A DNA stretch of 64,000 nt from contig JASCQW010000001.1 in NCBI GenBank assembly GCA_030264375.1, positions 112,953,528 through 113,017,527 of the forward strand, read 5' to 3'. Each line of letters begins with the position of its first letter. Within the stretch, counting starts at the first letter, position 1. A program made the position numbers and the translations under genes. Shown piece by piece: positions 61,020 through 64,000 of the stretch. The notes beneath the pieces are model-generated. The model had not been told where the DNA came from. It made no database searches and saw only the letters and a program-made list of their open reading frames with translations. This stretch comes from Carcharhinus longimanus. Taxonomy: Eukaryota.

Positions 61020-62645
61020 CATTGGGGTGCAATTCAGCTCCTATTTGTGCCTGTTCCAACACTGCTCTACATTTCTGACCGGTCTTCTGAGCCCAGTTTC
61101 TTTGGAGCATAGTTTCCATTCAAGATTTCCATCAGAAGGCTGCAGCGTCAGAGGAAAAACTGGACATGGTCACTTTTTATGGCACGATCTGCCATCTAGC
61201 AAATTAAATGTCCAGTGTAATTGTTAGTTAATGGGTGAGTGCTAGTGATTGGGGGAATGGATGAATGAGTAAAAGGGTTAGGATTGTAGGTAATTAAGCA
61301 AGTGGTTATTGCGGGTGAGGTAAGCAGATAGAAGGGTGAGGAAAATGGCTAAGTGGGTAGAGTTGGGAGGTGGGTAGGATGGCAGGTGTGTATGGTAGCG
61401 TGTGAGTTGGATGGCAGGTGGATGGATATAAAGGGTAGGGTGGCAGACAGGGTTGCAGCTGGTAGGGTAACAAGTAAGTGAAGTGGGTGGATGGGTATAT
61501 AGATAAGTGGTTTGGAGAATGGTTAAGTCTGGTCAGAGTGGAGTCAGGAGGGAGTCTGGGAATCAGTGGTGTAGTTATCTAGGAGTTAGATTTGGATTTT
61601 TCTGTCATTTCCCAGGTAACTATACAGGCAAGTAGTCAGAACTGTCGAAAGTCTCTGACTCTGGGAGTTGAAGTCTTGTGCAGAGAGTTCTGGGGAGCAG
61701 GCAATTTGCCCATCAGAAGTTCAAATTGCCTATAAAATTATCATGGTGGCTAGTGCATTGGGATTTTCAATGAATCACAAAATGCATTTGGATCGTATGC
61801 CTCAGAGGTCAGCTCCTTTATACATATGGGGTGTACCGTCCCACAATGAGCTTCATCATAGTGCTGGAGGGATGGGGACAGGATCTTTACAGCACCAGCT
61901 GGCCATAAGGTAAGTTTGCATGTCCAGATCAGAAATCTGGAGTAGAGACATAATGCAGAAAAGTAGGAATGGAGCAGCAATTCAATGGTGATTGTTACTT
62001 TGTGGAAAATTTGGACCATTGTGTGAAAAAATAAACTAGTCTAGGTGCCAAATGCTCTATTAGTGGATCCAAAAATTAATTCACAGATATGTTTTGAATT
62101 GTTGCAAGAGAAAAATGTTGATAGTTGTACCTCAAGAATGCTCATTATTATCAAAGAATTTATGGCCCAGTTCTTCCAGTCTCTGAATTATTGAAGACCT
62201 GACTTACAAAAGGGCAAGCTAGTAGAGTGGATGGGTGTGAGTTAAGTTGGTTGGTGGGTGAGGCAAGAGGGTAAGTGAGTAGGGTGGCAAGGTGGCAGGT
62301 GGATGATTCCATCATTGGCAGTCGTGTCAGATTCGGATAGGGTGGATTCAGTGGGTTGGGAAGTTCAGTGACAGTCACTGGGGCTTGGTTCTGAACTTAC
62401 CCAGGTGTTCAAGTAGGACTATCCTATCTAAAATTTCCTGGATAACTGTCCAGATGAGTATGTCAAAAATGTCTGAAGTCTGTGACTCTAACTTAAGGAC
62501 CAAGGGAATTTCCCATCAAACATTGAAACTTCCTAGTATATTCCTACAGAAGTCAGCGCATCGGAACTTCTGTGGGGTCCTGATATACATCCTGGTCATA
62601 TGTCTGATCTCCAACAATCCAGGTGCCAAAGAATCTGGGCCATTA
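61020..62645. mobile_element. Decayed non-autonomous DNA element(s) with G-rich low-complexity interiors
   Basis: Two related blocks (61230-61700 and 62210-62520), each with GGGTG-rich tracts followed by CCCAGGT..GGTAACT/GATAACT..GAAGTCT.TGACTCT. Confidence 0.4.
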
Positions 62646-62811
62646 TCTATTCTCGGGGATAACCTAGGGGATTTTCATAGTAACTTCACTACAGTGTTAT
62701 TGTAAGCCTACTTGTGACTAATAAATAAAACAAATACATTTTCTGAAATAAAACATAGCAGGAAGGAGCTGCTAACTGAGATTTATCATTTGTCCTGCGA
62801 GTATTTATTAT

Positions 62812-63120
62812 TAAAGTTTATTTAATCTTAGTGTCACAAGCAGGTTTACATTAACACTGCAATAAAGTGACTGTGAAAATCCCCTAATTGCCACACTCTG
62901 GCACCTGTTCAGGTACACAGAGGGAGAATTTTGCATGCCCAATGCACCTAACCAGCATGTCTTTCAATCTATGGTAGGAAACTGGAGCATGTGGAGGAAA
63001 CATATGCAGACACAGGGAGAACGTGCAGACTCTGCATAGACAGTGACCCAAGCTAGGAATGGAGCCTGGGTCCCTGGCGCTGTAAGGCAGCAGCGCTAAC
63101 CACTGTGTCAGTGTGCTGCC
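62812..63120 (-). mobile_element. HE1-like V-SINE, tail type B
   Basis: AAAGTTTATTT..GTCACAAGCAGGTTTACATTAACACTGCAAT..GGGTCCCTGGCGCTGTAAGGCAGCAGCGCTAACCACTGTGTC. An isolated + strand B tail lies at 62662-62730. Confidence 0.88.
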
Positions 63121-63190
63121 CATCACTGTGCTAATCCTACACCGGAGTTTATATGACCCTGTCTTGAGACAGGACACAAGCTGATCATGA

Positions 63191-63511
63191 GGACAGCACA
63201 GTAGCACAGTGATTAGCACTGTTGCCTCACAGCGCCAGGGACCCAGGTTCAATTCCAGCCTCGGATCACTGTCTGTGTGGAGTTTGCACATTCTCCTTGT
63301 GTCTGTGTGGGTTTCCTCTGGGTGCTCTGGTTTCCTCCCACAGTCCAAAGATATGTAGATTAGGTTGATTGGTCGTGCCAAATTATCCCTAGTGTCAGGA
63401 CGATTAGCAGAGTAAACGTGGGAGATTGCAGGAATAGAGCTTGGGTGGGGATTGTGGTTGGTGCAGACTTGATGGGCTGAATGGTCTCCTTCTGCACTGT
63501 AGGATTCTATG
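63191..63511 (+). mobile_element. HE1-like V-SINE, tail type A
   Basis: CAGCACAGTAGCACAGTGATTAGCACTGTTGCCTCACAGCGCCAGGGACCCAGGTTCAATTCC head; CTTCTGCACTGTAGGATTCTATGA tail. Confidence 0.9.
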
Positions 63512-64000
63512 AGTAATAACGCAGTTGGCACATCCAGAGATAAGGGTCGTTAGACATTTATCACAGACTGCTAGAATGCTATGCTGGATCTTTACTCCCA
63601 AGGCAGGTAGTGTAAGTTGGGAAATTTCCAGGCATGTGATTAAACCAGAAATTTGATGGCTCCAAACTTTGATTAACTTTTGATCTTGTCATAATACCAG
63701 ATATTGCTGGCACTGCGTTAGGTAAGTAAGCTTTAATCTCAAAATCACCACCCAGCCGATGCCAAAATTAAATTCCACTGAATCTAAAAATCTTATCAAA
63801 TATGGTTTTAAAAACACAGCCAGGTTAAGATTGTACAATGAGAAAGAGGCCTCTGTCTTATCCCAGGTCTGAGGAGGAAGATAACAGCAGAGTTAGGGGC
63901 ACCTTTGAACTTACTTCCACTTTCGATCAAATTTAATTGCAGGATCTGTTTAACTTTTTATTTCCATTTCACAACTTCAATCAGCTAGATCAAGAGGCTG

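Noticed and set aside
62884-63531. Longest ORF in the track (215 aa)
   Set aside because: It runs through two HE1-type SINEs. The same pseudo-peptides (GRKPEHPEETH, RDPGSIP) recur at other SINE copies.

Overview
Repeat-rich eukaryotic DNA, almost certainly from a shark or other elasmobranch (HE1-type V-SINEs, DeuSINEs, CR1/L2 LINEs and Penelope-like elements), with many short N gaps. The only host coding sequence I can support is the first coding exon of ankyrin-2 (ANK2/ankyrin-B) on the minus strand at 28574-28651 (MSDEAQKSDGGDKCNNNNQKRKRPKK, then a GTAAGA donor). Positions 1-28573 are therefore ANK2 intron 1 and positions above ~28.9 kb are upstream. Most of the rest is decayed transposable elements, plus a 5S rRNA-derived pseudogene and a minisatellite. 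The most notable observations are: six small Penelope-derived elements, mostly fold-backs, carrying minimal hammerhead-ribozyme motifs whose stem II covaries between copies; an old local inverted duplication (43.4-45.8 kb vs 49.7-50.9 kb); a consensus RFX X-box upstream of ANK2; two CpG-retaining islands in intron 1; and a sharp asymmetry of SINE density across the ANK2 exon. Repeat boundaries are approximate (tens of bp), and family names come from recalled consensus features, not from database searches.
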